The notes beneath the pieces were generated by a model. The model was not told the origin of the DNA. It ran no database searches and was given only the letters and a program-made list of their open reading frames with translations. A stretch of 64,000 nucleotides of DNA from an uncultured Candidatus Saccharibacteria bacterium (GTDB lineage: Bacteria > Patescibacteriota > CAZHWT01): positions 76,366 through 140,365 of the forward strand of contig CAZKPX010000003.1 in assembly GCA_964554805.1 (NCBI GenBank), written 5' to 3'. A program made the translations under genes and the position numbers. Shown here piece after piece: positions 1 through 10,051 of the stretch (positions within the stretch are counted from its first letter, which is position 1; every line of letters starts with the position of its first letter).

Positions 1-385
1 TCAGGGTACTCCAGTGTGTACTTTTGGTTTGGCTACTAATCGTAGCTGGATGCCAACAGACGGCAAAGAGCGCCAAGAAGAAGTAGAATTCCACAATATT
101 GTGGCTTGGAGCAAGTTGGCTGAGCTGTGTGGTGAATTGCTGGCCAAAGGTCGCAAGGTTTACATCGAAGGTCGCCTGCAAACTCGTTCTTGGGAAAGCC
201 CTGAGGGTGAGAAGAAGTACAAAACTGAAGTTGTGGCCGAAGATATGATTATTTTGGACAACAAGGGCTTGCGTGATGATGACGGTGGACATGCGGAAGA
301 ATCAGCTTCTAGTGCCTCTAGCGCTACTAAGCCATCGGCCGAGCCAGCTAGTCAGGATATCAATCCTGACGAGATTCCTTTCTGA
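1..385 (+). CDS. ssb: Single-stranded DNA-binding protein, 5'-truncated by the window edge
   Basis: OB-fold core (FGLATNRSW...KGRKVYIEGRLQTRSWE), acidic Ser-rich tail ending DEIPF (SSB C-terminal tip). The frame is open to position 1. rpsR lies immediately downstream, the classic ssb-rpsR linkage. Confidence 0.85.
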   Translation, partial: QGTPVCTFGLATNRSWMPTDGKERQEEVEFHNIVAWSKLAELCGELLAKGRKVYIEGRLQTRSWESPEGEKKYKTEVVAEDMIILDNKGLRDDDGGHAEESASSASSATKPSAEPASQDINPDEIPF

Positions 386-478
386 TTCGGAAGTGAGCAG
401 GAACAGTGAGCAGGAACAGGGAACAGGAACAGTGAATAGGAACAGTGAACAGGAACAGTGAGAAGTGAGTAGAAATAA
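386..478. repeat. Purine-rich tandem repeat (GAACAGTGA / GTGAGCAGGAACAG units) immediately after the ssb stop
   Basis: Direct reading: gaagtgagcaggaacagtgagcaggaacagggaacaggaacagtgaataggaacagtgaacaggaacagtgagaagtgagtag. Related tracts occur at 8349-8396, 16793-16855, 41758-41855 and 63440-63503. Confidence 0.8.
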
Positions 479-504
479 GTAAGTAGTTATAAGGAAAATT
501 AATT

Positions 505-759
505 ATGCCAGTTGGATCATCATCTACAACAGCCAGAAAAACTCCATTGCGTCGCCCTAAGAGCGCCGCATCCAATCGTAAGCGCGCCAAGATCACTCCT
601 GATTTTGAGCCAGATTACAAAGACACCGCTAAGTTGCGTCGATATTTGAATGAGCGCAATCGGATTGTGCCTCAGTCTAAGACTCGTACTTCGGCTAAGT
701 TTCAGCGCCAAGTGGCGCTTGCTATCAAGCGAGCCCGAACTATGGCTCTGATTCCTTAA
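505..759 (+). CDS. rpsR: 30S ribosomal protein S18
   Basis: 84 aa with [42 protein letters not shown], the S18 signature. It lies downstream of ssb. Confidence 0.9.
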   Translation: MPVGSSSTTARKTPLRRPKSAASNRKRAKITPDFEPDYKDTAKLRRYLNERNRIVPQSKTRTSAKFQRQVALAIKRARTMALIP

Positions 760-763
760 TAAA

Positions 764-792
764 AAGGCCTCCCTTCGGGGAGGCTTTTTTAT
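764..792 (+). terminator. Rho-independent terminator after rpsR
   Basis: GC stem ggcctccc-ttcg-gggaggc followed by a T6 run. Confidence 0.65.
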
Positions 793-892
793 TGGTCGAG
801 GTTATTCTAACTGGGTGACGAGGACGAATGGGGTAGGGAAATACAAGTTGGTGGTGTTTGTTTGCTGACATGGCTATGATACTATACTGTTA

Positions 893-1885
893 ATGAACAA
901 TCCTTTGGACAGTCGTAATTTTGAGGCTGGTGGATACGAGGCTTTGCCGCCCGTCGAGGAATATATCCCCGGGCCTGAATTTTATGTGCCAGCTCGAGAT
1001 GACGAACCCACTTTGTTGATGAGTCTTGGTTTGTCGGAGACACTGAAGACGGTCCAAAGTGAGGTTGATTTGATAGTCGAACAAGGTTGTGGTGTAGCAG
1101 TGGCGCATCATCCGAGATGGGGAGAGCGACCTCAGTTGCCGGTAGGAATTGAGGATTATTTGGCTAACATAGATGTTAATCTAGGTGGAGCAGCTGCTCA
1201 AAGACCGCTCAATATTCTGATGAATTTGATGGCCATTGACCGTCATAATCAGGAAAGTAGTGGTATTGCCTATACCGATCCAGCTGATCGAATTACAGTC
1301 AGTGGAGTCGGCCACTCTTTGGGCTGTATGGATCTTGTGGTGGCAGCTTTGCTGGATCCGGCCAGATTCCAAAGTTTAACCTTAGAGAACCCAGGTATTA
1401 TTGGGCAAGATAGTGAGGTCGCTTTGTACGCACGCTTTCTGTCTCAGTTGCATAAAAACTCGCCTTCACAGAATATGTGGGGCAGTCTCGATATAATGAA
1501 GAATCTTCCGAAATCCGTTGATGAAACATTTAGTGTGGCGAATTCTGATTTATTAGGGTTAATTTATAAGGTGCGTGAGGCGGGTGTGCCGATTTCGATA
1601 ATTATGGGGCAAAATGATCCGCTGTTTCCAGCGGATAGGATGTGGCAGAGAATAGCAGATCAGCATTACTGGATGAATGTGCTGGCCTATGATCAGGAAA
1701 GAAAATCTGTCGAGTTGCCGATAGATCGAGTAAGTGTTTATAGAGGAGCACATCACAATACTGGCCATCAGCGGCCGGAAGAGGCGGTGGAGTTGAGGCT
1801 GGATCATGTTAAGAGCTTGGCGGGCATACAGGGGCAGCGTGAGCCGGGAACATTCTTGCCTCAGAGGACCTATGTGAAGTCGTAG
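893..1885 (+). CDS. Hypothetical alpha/beta-hydrolase-like protein
   Basis: 330 aa. Contains GVGHSLGCMD, resembling the GxSxG nucleophile elbow of serine hydrolases and lipases. No other family signature recognised. Confidence 0.4.
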   Translation: MNNPLDSRNFEAGGYEALPPVEEYIPGPEFYVPARDDEPTLLMSLGLSETLKTVQSEVDLIVEQGCGVAVAHHPRWGERPQLPVGIEDYLANIDVNLGGAAAQRPLNILMNLMAIDRHNQESSGIAYTDPADRITVSGVGHSLGCMDLVVAALLDPARFQSLTLENPGIIGQDSEVALYARFLSQLHKNSPSQNMWGSLDIMKNLPKSVDETFSVANSDLLGLIYKVREAGVPISIIMGQNDPLFPADRMWQRIADQHYWMNVLAYDQERKSVELPIDRVSVYRGAHHNTGHQRPEEAVELRLDHVKSLAGIQGQREPGTFLPQRTYVKS

Positions 1886-1906
1886 AGCAAGCAGGGGTGT
1901 CGGAGG

Positions 1907-3256
1907 TTGTGCTACTATAGATGTATGGCTGATTCGATGTATCTGATTGCTGTTGACGTTGGGACGTCTTTGATGAAGGCGGCAGTTTTGGAAAAAGATG
2001 CTATTGGGCGACAATGGGTGGCGACTGAACGGGTGGTGCAGACGGCTGTGGCTGAGCAATCTCTGGCTAGTTTGATCGAAGAATTGATGGAAGTAGTACG
2101 GCAGTTGGCTATCGCTAATAAGACTGGTAGCACTGACTTTGATCTGGTCTTGGTGGGGCATCCGCCTGATTTGGATATTTATACTGAAGCTGCTCGGGTG
2201 ATGAGGTTTAGTCATGAAGAAGCTCTGACGGCGGTGGCTAGGCGACAATCGGCTAATGGCTCGGTCTTGATGGTTGATATTGGTTGTCATCGAACCATGG
2301 TGGCGCTGGCTAAGTACGGTAAGGTGAGTGCGGAGAGCTTTGATTATGGGGTGGGAGAACAGAGCTGGTCGTTTTTGCGCCACGGTGATACAGCCGAACA
2401 GCTGCGAGCCTGGCTGCCCTTTGAAGTGGCTGACGGGATTGTCAGTAATTATATTGCCACCAAGAGTTTGTATCCGAGTAGTATTCCAACTTCAACGGTT
2501 GAACTGGCCATTGAGCAGTCGCTAGCCAAGTTGATATTGCGACAAATCGAATCAAAATTGCCTATTCCTTGGCTGGATATCGATCAGGTGATGGTTAGTG
2601 GGGGAGTTTTGAGCCAGCCAGCTCATGATCCGCAGACTGTGGCATGTGTTCTGGACGGATTTCAGCCTCTGGGGTCTTTCCAATTATTATCAGACTCGTC
2701 GTTACTGCTGTTTGCCTTGGGTGGAGCTTTTGAAGCTTGGTCAAGCAAAGATTATAGTGTAGGGCGGACCTTGCTGCGGGCTACTATGCAGCCGGTGGCT
2801 AGAGTGGTTTGTTTGGCTGAGCGAACTGAAGCGGGCAAGGCTCCGGCTAAGGGCAAGGCTACTCGGATAACCCTTGATGTGGGACTGTCCAGCCAACAAG
2901 CTTTGGAAGTTAAGGCTGATGAGGTGGCCGTGGTGCCGTGGAGCGCCGAGGAAGTGGGAGAAATGATAGTTAAAGGTGGTGCAGAGCATTTGACCAAGGA
3001 GGTGCAGACGGTGGTGGGCGGTAGCGTGGGGTTGGTAATTGATGGTCGCGCGAGGCCTATTTTGTTGTCACGTCAGGATCGTGAGCGTCGCACTCAGTTG
3101 CTAAACTGGGATAAACAGCTCAATGTTCATCAGCAAGTGGGAATGTTGGAAGAGATAATTGCGACGGCTGATGAACAGAAGGCGGGTGGGGGGAGGCAAG
3201 GGGTGGGCATGAATCCTGGTCGTCAAGTAGAGAACAGTGAGGTGAAGCGTGGCTAA
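1907..3256 (+). CDS. Actin-like (ASKHA superfamily, FtsA/PilM/MreB-like) ATPase, hypothetical
   Basis: N-terminal MYLIAVDVGTSLMKAAVL (phosphate-1 motif of the sugar-kinase/actin fold) and a later LMVDIGCHRTMVAL (phosphate-2-like). Start uncertain: TTG at 1907, or ATG at 1925 or 1937. The Ala/Gly/Lys-rich C-terminal tail is low complexity. Confidence 0.35.
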   Translation: MCYYRCMADSMYLIAVDVGTSLMKAAVLEKDAIGRQWVATERVVQTAVAEQSLASLIEELMEVVRQLAIANKTGSTDFDLVLVGHPPDLDIYTEAARVMRFSHEEALTAVARRQSANGSVLMVDIGCHRTMVALAKYGKVSAESFDYGVGEQSWSFLRHGDTAEQLRAWLPFEVADGIVSNYIATKSLYPSSIPTSTVELAIEQSLAKLILRQIESKLPIPWLDIDQVMVSGGVLSQPAHDPQTVACVLDGFQPLGSFQLLSDSSLLLFALGGAFEAWSSKDYSVGRTLLRATMQPVARVVCLAERTEAGKAPAKGKATRITLDVGLSSQQALEVKADEVAVVPWSAEEVGEMIVKGGAEHLTKEVQTVVGGSVGLVIDGRARPILLSRQDRERRTQLLNWDKQLNVHQQVGMLEEIIATADEQKAGGGRQGVGMNPGRQVENSEVKRG

Positions 3257-4346
3257 ATCTGAATTGTTGGTTCGAAGTGGACGAAGTTTGTTGGAGGGGG
3301 TGGAGTATTCGCTAGAGCGGTCGCTGCCGGTGAAGGGGACAATTTATGCCAAGCTTGGCGATGTGGTGAAGCCGGAGACGATTGTGGGCGAAGCTAAGGT
3401 GTCGGCTGGCTTTCGCGTGTTTAGCTTGGCCGATTATTTGAAGGTTCCGCCTAATCAGGTTAAGAAGTACCTGCACCGAACTATTGGTTCGCGAGTTTAT
3501 CAAGGGGACGTAGTGGCTGAAGCCTCTAAATTGTTTGGTAAAAAGCAATTTATTTCACCTATTGATGGTATGTTGCAGTCGTTTGATGTGGTGACCGGCC
3601 AGCTAACAATGCGATTTGCGCCGACCACCTATCGGTTGCCGGCTGGCGTTCGAGGTGAAGTCAGCCAGATTGTGCCTGAGCAGGCAGTCTACGTGAAGAC
3701 ACATGCCAGCTTATTGTTTGGGGCGTTTGGTAGTGGTCATATGCGAGAGGGAGCTTTGAAGCTGGTGGCACCGCCGGATCAACCAATTTCTGCTCAGTCT
3801 ATTGATGCCAAGCAGGCCGGTTATATTATTGGTGGTGGGTCGGGTATTACTCGAGACGCCCTCAATAGAGCATTGGCGGTGGGGGTAAAAGGGATTATTA
3901 CCGGGGGAATTGGTGCAGATGATTTGCTGGCAGTTAGTGGTGATTTGCATGGTAGTGAGGATGTTGGGTTGAGTTTGTTGATCACTTCGGGATTAGGTAA
4001 TCGGCCAATGGACGGGCAGGTGTATGCCTTTTTGGAAAAGTATAAAGAGCAGCAAGTCTATTTATTGCCGAAGCAGATGATAGTGCTGGCTCCATTGCCG
4101 TTGTCGAGCGATATGACGGTTAATAAGATGGGTAGTTTGCCGGATGCTTATGGTCAGCTGGAGGTGGGTCAGCGGGTGCGGATTTTGACTGGGGCTTTGT
4201 TGGGTGAATCAGCTTTGGTTAAAGGCGTGGTTGAAGAAATGACCATTGTGGGCAGCAAACTCAAGATGGCTCATTGTTTGTTGGAGCGTCAGAATGGTGA
4301 TACAATACATATTCCGATAACTAATATTGAGCTATTGTCCGAGTAA
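3249..4346 (+). CDS. Hypothetical protein with a KOW-like C-terminal segment
   Basis: 365 aa. Overlaps the upstream gene by 8 nt, so probably an operon. The C-terminus (GQRVRILTGALLGESALVKGVVEEMTIVGSKLKMAHCLLERQNGDTIHIPITNIELL) resembles a NusG-type KOW motif. Confidence 0.3.
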   Translation: MAKSELLVRSGRSLLEGVEYSLERSLPVKGTIYAKLGDVVKPETIVGEAKVSAGFRVFSLADYLKVPPNQVKKYLHRTIGSRVYQGDVVAEASKLFGKKQFISPIDGMLQSFDVVTGQLTMRFAPTTYRLPAGVRGEVSQIVPEQAVYVKTHASLLFGAFGSGHMREGALKLVAPPDQPISAQSIDAKQAGYIIGGGSGITRDALNRALAVGVKGIITGGIGADDLLAVSGDLHGSEDVGLSLLITSGLGNRPMDGQVYAFLEKYKEQQVYLLPKQMIVLAPLPLSSDMTVNKMGSLPDAYGQLEVGQRVRILTGALLGESALVKGVVEEMTIVGSKLKMAHCLLERQNGDTIHIPITNIELLSE

Positions 4347-4352
4347 CTTTTT

Positions 4353-5657
4353 ATGAATTCAAATCTGCCTGCAGCGTCTGAGAATGAGTATGTGTCCGAA
4401 GAAGAGCAAGTAATAGAAGCACCGACCTACCAGAATAATCAAATAGAATCCGGTACATCTGGTTGGTGGAAATTTTTGGGAACAGTGGTGGTAGTGGGTG
4501 GCTTGGTGGCGGGTGGTTTTTATCTGGGTAATAACTATCAAATTATCTGGAATTCGAGCTGGCCATTTATCCCAACAGTGGTGGCTAATACTGCGGTAGG
4601 TAATGCTGCAGGGGATCCGCTGTATGCTCAAGTCGAGCAGTTGATGCGCACTAAATACTTGCGAGCTGATGAGCTGAACAATGATTCGATGTTGTTTGGG
4701 GCTATTGGCGGGATGGTGGCATCTGCCGGTGACCCATATACGGCTTTTTTTGATCCAGAACAGAACCAAGCTTCCGAAGAACAATTGTCCGGTAAGTATA
4801 GTGGGATTGGTGCTGAGCTTGGCTACAATGAAGATAAGCAGATAGTGGTGGTTGCACCTATTAAAGGCACTCCAGCTGAAGCGGCTGGCTTGATGGCTGG
4901 CGATTTGATTGTTGCAATTGATAATGAATCGATTAAAGGGCTGACCTTGAATGAAGTGGTGCTGAAGATTCGTGGTGAGGCAGGTACTGATGTGGTATTA
5001 ACGGTTTTGCCTAAAGGTGCTACTGAAACCAAAGATATTACGATTACTCGTAAGCAAATCACTATCAAGACGGTTGAGCTTGAGTTTAAAGATGGTATTG
5101 CCTATGTTTCGTTGAGTCGGTTTGGTGAAACGACAGATGCGGAGTGGGCCACGGCTGTGTCAGAGATAGTAGCCAAGGGCTCGACGTCGATGATCTTGGA
5201 TATGCGCAATAATCCGGGCGGATATTTGGATACCGCTATTACCATTGGATCGGAATTCTTCAAGGACGGTATCATTGTTGGTCAGGAAGATGCTAGCGGC
5301 AGTGTTGATAATTTTGAGGCTACTGGACGTGGTCGACTGACTGATATCAAGGTGACTGTGTTGGTGAATGGTGGATCGGCTTCGGCTTCGGAGATTGTGG
5401 CTGGGGCGCTTAAGTCTCGCGATCGGGCTGATATTGTGGGCATGAAGTCGTTTGGTAAGGGAACTGTTCAGCAGGTGATTGATTTAGCTCGAGATACTAG
5501 CCTGCATGTAACCATCGCCAAGTGGATTTTGCCAAATGGCGACAACATTGATAAGCAAGGTATCAGTCCTGATATTGAAGTTGACATGACCAGTGAGGAT
5601 GTGCAGGCTGACCGAGACCCGCAGTTGGATCGAGCTATGCAAGAAGCAAAGAAATAG
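4353..5657 (+). CDS. ctpA: Carboxy-terminal processing protease (S41 family) with PDZ domain
   Basis: PDZ segment (GIGAELGYNED...GDLIVAIDNESIKG) and S41 catalytic region (LVNGGSASASEIVAGALKSRDRADIVGMKSFGKGTVQ). N-terminal TM anchor. Confidence 0.85.
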   Translation: MNSNLPAASENEYVSEEEQVIEAPTYQNNQIESGTSGWWKFLGTVVVVGGLVAGGFYLGNNYQIIWNSSWPFIPTVVANTAVGNAAGDPLYAQVEQLMRTKYLRADELNNDSMLFGAIGGMVASAGDPYTAFFDPEQNQASEEQLSGKYSGIGAELGYNEDKQIVVVAPIKGTPAEAAGLMAGDLIVAIDNESIKGLTLNEVVLKIRGEAGTDVVLTVLPKGATETKDITITRKQITIKTVELEFKDGIAYVSLSRFGETTDAEWATAVSEIVAKGSTSMILDMRNNPGGYLDTAITIGSEFFKDGIIVGQEDASGSVDNFEATGRGRLTDIKVTVLVNGGSASASEIVAGALKSRDRADIVGMKSFGKGTVQQVIDLARDTSLHVTIAKWILPNGDNIDKQGISPDIEVDMTSEDVQADRDPQLDRAMQEAKK

Positions 5658-5695
5658 CTCCTGCTGTCGAAGCAAGTACGAGGTGATATTCCTTG

Positions 5696-5737
5696 ATAAC
5701 CTCCGAGGTTCGCTAGCTAGCGAACCTCGGAGGTTAT
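5696..5737. terminator. Perfect 42-nt palindrome (ataacctccgaggttcgctagc|tagcgaacctcggaggttat), likely a bidirectional terminator
   Basis: Perfect inverted repeat followed by a T-rich stretch. The core AACCTCCGAGGTT recurs at 41564-41577. Confidence 0.5.
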
Positions 5738-5815
5738 TTGGTTCTTAGTCTTTTCTTACGGTTCGCTCCTATACTAAGGCTACATTGAACAATATAGTTT
5801 TTAAAGGAGTGCTGT

Positions 5816-7114
5816 ATGTCTGAAGAGTTGGATAGAGGGGCGATGGAGCCTAAGCGGGAGTTATCTATGATGGGAGCTGATGAAGCAGGTGGAGAGCACG
5901 CTCAGGGTGCTGCGACAAGTGAAGCGCCTGCGAGTCGCGGAGGATCATCTGTCGAATCAGGCAAGTATGTAGCAGCTGGGGATGGTGGGTCTGGGCGGCG
6001 GTTGGTGGGGGTGGTGGCCATTATCGTGGTGGCAATATTGGTGGTTAGTTCGGGTTTCTTGACCAACATTTCGTTGGCTGGTTGGAGTGATATGTGGAAT
6101 AACTTGGGGCTAAATAAAGTTATTACCACCACCAATGTTGACCAGAGAATCCTCAAAGAAGAGTCATTGGTGATTGACGTATCTAAGAATACTAAGCCGT
6201 CGGTGGTGTCTATTGGGGCAAGTCGCAGTTTGTCGCAGTGGTTTGGGGGCGGTGAAGAATCTCAGGAGCAGGGGATTGGGACAGGATTTATTATTAGTGA
6301 AGATGGCCTGATTTTGACTAATAAGCATGTGGTGGCTGATACTTCTATCACTTATACGGTAGTGACAAATGATGAGAAGCGCTATGAAGTAAAGAATATT
6401 TACCGCGATCCGGTCAATGATCTGGCTATTATAAAGATTGAAGCGAGCGGACTGGAGCCGATTGAGTTGGGGGATTCGGGTAGTCTGGAGGTGGGGCAGT
6501 TCGTCATTGCTATCGGTAATGCTCTGGGCGAGTTTAGTAATACTGTGACCACCGGCGTAGTGTCTGGGTTGGGTCGAAGTATAACTGCTGGTAGCTCGAG
6601 TGGGCAATTCCAAGAGCAGCTGGACAATGTGATTCAGACTGACGCAGCTATTAACTCGGGTAACTCTGGTGGGCCATTATTGAACTCAGCCGGTCAGGTT
6701 ATTGGTATTAATACGGCCGTGTCGACAAGTGGTCAGAACCTTGGATTTGCTATTCCAATTAATGATGCTAAGCCGATTCTGGATGAGTTTAAGCGAACTG
6801 GCAAGATAGCTGGTCCTGCCTACCTGGGAGTCAGCTATCAGGTCGTAACTCAGCGAACAGCCTTGCTCAACGAGGTTCCTCAGGGTATGTATATCCAGCA
6901 GGTAGTGGCTGGTAGCCCGGCTGCTGAGGCTGGCATACAGACTGGCGATATTGTTACCAAGATTGATGATAAGGATATGCGCGAAAGTAATGATCTGAGT
7001 ACCCATATTCGATCTAAGAAGATTGGGGATACAGTGAAGTTGACTTACTGGCGTGAAGGACAGGATGGAACTAAGACCGTTGAGGCAAAGTTGATTGAAT
7101 CGCCGGCTCAGTAG
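5816..7114 (+). CDS. htrA: HtrA/DegP-family periplasmic serine endoprotease (trypsin-like domain plus PDZ)
   Basis: GTGFIISEDGLILTNKHVV (catalytic His region), DLAIIKIE (Asp), GNSGGPLLN (Ser), C-terminal PDZ (GDIVTKIDDKDM). AAGGAG SD precedes the ATG. Confidence 0.9.
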   Translation: MSEELDRGAMEPKRELSMMGADEAGGEHAQGAATSEAPASRGGSSVESGKYVAAGDGGSGRRLVGVVAIIVVAILVVSSGFLTNISLAGWSDMWNNLGLNKVITTTNVDQRILKEESLVIDVSKNTKPSVVSIGASRSLSQWFGGGEESQEQGIGTGFIISEDGLILTNKHVVADTSITYTVVTNDEKRYEVKNIYRDPVNDLAIIKIEASGLEPIELGDSGSLEVGQFVIAIGNALGEFSNTVTTGVVSGLGRSITAGSSSGQFQEQLDNVIQTDAAINSGNSGGPLLNSAGQVIGINTAVSTSGQNLGFAIPINDAKPILDEFKRTGKIAGPAYLGVSYQVVTQRTALLNEVPQGMYIQQVVAGSPAAEAGIQTGDIVTKIDDKDMRESNDLSTHIRSKKIGDTVKLTYWREGQDGTKTVEAKLIESPAQ

Positions 7115-7142
7115 GCTGAATACACTCGACTCTCGGTCGAGT

Positions 7143-7178
7143 GACGGGCGACGGGCGACGGGCGACAAGCGACGAGCG
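7143..7178 (+). repeat. (GCGACR)n hexanucleotide microsatellite, intergenic copy
   Basis: acgggcgacgggcgacgggcgacaagcgacgagcg. Preceded by the hairpin cactcgac-tctcg-gtcgagtg. Confidence 0.85.
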
Positions 7179-7194
7179 CTAGTAATATGAAGGA

Positions 7195-7228
7195 AGACCC
7201 GAGTCTGTGGATGGCTCGGGTCTTTTGG
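7195..7228 (+). terminator. Rho-independent terminator after htrA
   Basis: agacccgag...ctcgggtct stem followed by TTTTGG. Confidence 0.6.
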
Positions 7229-7549
7229 TGTAATTAGTGCTACTATAAATTTATGAAAAAGGGTAAAGGCGGTGACGAATAAGTTTGTTACTCAATTTAG
7301 TCGGTTTGACTCAAAGCACTGGGTATAGATGTTACTCTTTAAACTTGAAGAATGAGTAATTTATTGCACTATGGTCAGATGTGGACCAATGGATTGATTT
7401 ATGCTGGATGATGAGAGCTGCAGTTTAGCCTCAAAATGTAATATTTTTGAACTATTACTAAGCTTATGTCTGATTATTTTGTCTATATTAAAGTTGTACG
7501 ATAATCTATTATCGACTTCTGTTACAGCGAAACCTATTCTAACCTAAGA

Positions 7550-8329
7550 CTATTCTACAACCACTATTTGACCATTGGTTGTTTCATAGGCTAGCAAACT
7601 TTTCGGTTTGCGATGGTCTTTGGCTTGGATGACTAATTGCTGATTGAAGGTGTCGGGGTGAGCGCCACTGACAAGGGCCTGTTTTGGCTCATACTTTCTA
7701 ACATTGAGCGGCAAGTCTTGATACTCTTGATTGGAGATATAGGGCAAATTGGCGACAATAACGTCGCATGAATGGGGCTGGAGCATGTAGGACAGTGGGC
7801 CCAGGAGAGAGCCTTGGACAAAGGTGACATTGGTAGTTTTGAGTGCCTGAGCATTTCTTCTGGCTACGGTCAAGGCGGCTTTGGAGGTGTCTATGGCAAT
7901 AACTGAGGCTTGGGGTAGCTCTAGAGCGATGGTGATGGCTAGGCAGCCGCTACCTGTGCCGACATCGATTATTGTAGGAGGTAGGATGTTGGAGGTAGGG
8001 TGTAGTTGGTTTAGGTGGTTGAGGGTCAGGTGGATGAGTTGTTCTGATTCGGGGCGGGGGATGAGGGTGTCGGGAGTAACGATAAACTTGCGGCCGAAGA
8101 ATTCTTTATAGCCTAAAAGGTAAGCAAGCGGAGCGTGCTCGGCTGCTCGGCTGACTAGTTGTTCAAATTGGCGTAATTGCTGTGGAGTAATCTCTTTATT
8201 CAGATTTGTCCATAATTGCTCTTGTGACAACTTGCAGGTATTCGCAAGTAGCTGACGAACAATGGTGGTGTGGTCTTGTAGATGAGCAAGATTGGTGTCG
8301 GCTTGAGTGAGGGCTTGGGTGATGGTCAT
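7550..8329 (-). CDS. prmC: Release-factor glutamine N5-methyltransferase (PrmC/HemK)
   Basis: SAM motif IIDVGTGSGCLAITIA and the NLPY variant of the NPPY substrate motif (VIVANLPYIS). Immediately downstream of prfA. Confidence 0.85.
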   Translation of the reverse strand: MTITQALTQADTNLAHLQDHTTIVRQLLANTCKLSQEQLWTNLNKEITPQQLRQFEQLVSRAAEHAPLAYLLGYKEFFGRKFIVTPDTLIPRPESEQLIHLTLNHLNQLHPTSNILPPTIIDVGTGSGCLAITIALELPQASVIAIDTSKAALTVARRNAQALKTTNVTFVQGSLLGPLSYMLQPHSCDVIVANLPYISNQEYQDLPLNVRKYEPKQALVSGAHPDTFNQQLVIQAKDHRKPKSLLAYETTNGQIVVVE

Positions 8330-8348
8330 GGATTAGGTAGGTAGATAG

Positions 8349-8396
8349 TGAGGAGGAACAGGGAGGAGGAACAGGGGGGAGGAGCAGGGGGAAGAG
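8349..8396. repeat. Purine-rich (GAGGAGGAACAGG)n tract between prfA and prmC
   Basis: gaggaggaacagggaggaggaacaggggggaggagcagggggaagag. Same family as 386-478. Confidence 0.7.
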
Positions 8397-8397
8397 T

Positions 8398-9498
<1,101 letters not shown>

Positions 9499-9507
9499 GG
9501 TTTACAT

Positions 9508-9861
9508 TTAGCCCTTGTTGGCGGCGTCTTGAAGCATTTCGCGCAGTGATTTTGGACGATCGCTGGTCTTTTTGTCAGCTACGATTGGCTCAACAGCTTT
9601 GGCGTTGGTGGTCGTGAACACTGGCTGAGGCTTGGCTTTCTTAGGCTCAACTTTGATAGTACCCTGAGAAGCACGACGCTCGAATCGCTCAACGCGACCT
9701 TCGGTGTCAATCAGCTTTTTCTGACCAGTAAAGAATGGGTGACAGTTGGAGCAGATATCAATGCGAATAGACTGAACAGTAGATCCTGCTTCAAAACTGG
9801 CGTTACAACCAGAGCAGTTGATGGTAGCTTGGTAAAATTTTGGGTGAATGTTTGCTTTCAT
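9508..9861 (-). CDS. rpmE: 50S ribosomal protein L31 with a roughly 45 aa Lys/Pro-rich C-terminal extension
   Basis: MKANIHPKFYQATINCSGCN...CSNCHPFFTG is the L31 core with its C-x-x-C zinc ribbon. The tail is unusually long, giving 117 aa. Confidence 0.85.
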   Translation of the reverse strand: MKANIHPKFYQATINCSGCNASFEAGSTVQSIRIDICSNCHPFFTGQKKLIDTEGRVERFERRASQGTIKVEPKKAKPQPVFTTTNAKAVEPIVADKKTSDRPKSLREMLQDAANKG

Positions 9862-9936
9862 AGTTTTAAAAAATCCCAGATTTGAATTGTTCGGAGAGGA
9901 TTATATCACAGCTTTACTGTTGCTGGCAATATCTTG

Positions 9937-10027
9937 GAGCGACGAGAACGAGCGACGAGCGACGGCTGGGATTCAATTCTCCCAGTTTCCTGCCAGCCAG
10001 GCCCGTCGCCCGTCGCCCGTCGCTCGA
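9937..10027. repeat. Inverted pair of (GCGACR)n arrays forming a long imperfect hairpin
   Basis: Forward gagcgacgagaacgagcgacgagcgacggctggg at 9937-9970 and reverse cccgtcgcccgtcgcccgtcgctcg at 10002-10027, with a central ctggga...tcccag hairpin. Confidence 0.75.
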
Positions 10028-10051
10028 ATCTGCACGAGAGGGCAGATTCGT

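Noticed and set aside
386-478. Possible CRISPR array (short direct repeats after ssb)
   Set aside because: Units are 7-14 nt and contiguous with no unique spacers, and the repeat is polypurine. No cas genes. It is a simple tandem repeat.
1559-2383. 274 aa antisense ORF inside the actin-like ATPase gene
   Set aside because: It is His/Arg/Ser/Pro-rich low complexity, lies on the opposite strand of a better-supported gene, and has no start context. It is a typical shadow ORF. The same applies to 6164-6613 (-), 6686-7168 (-), 36445-37182 (-), 48200-48718 (-) and 57517-57939 (-).
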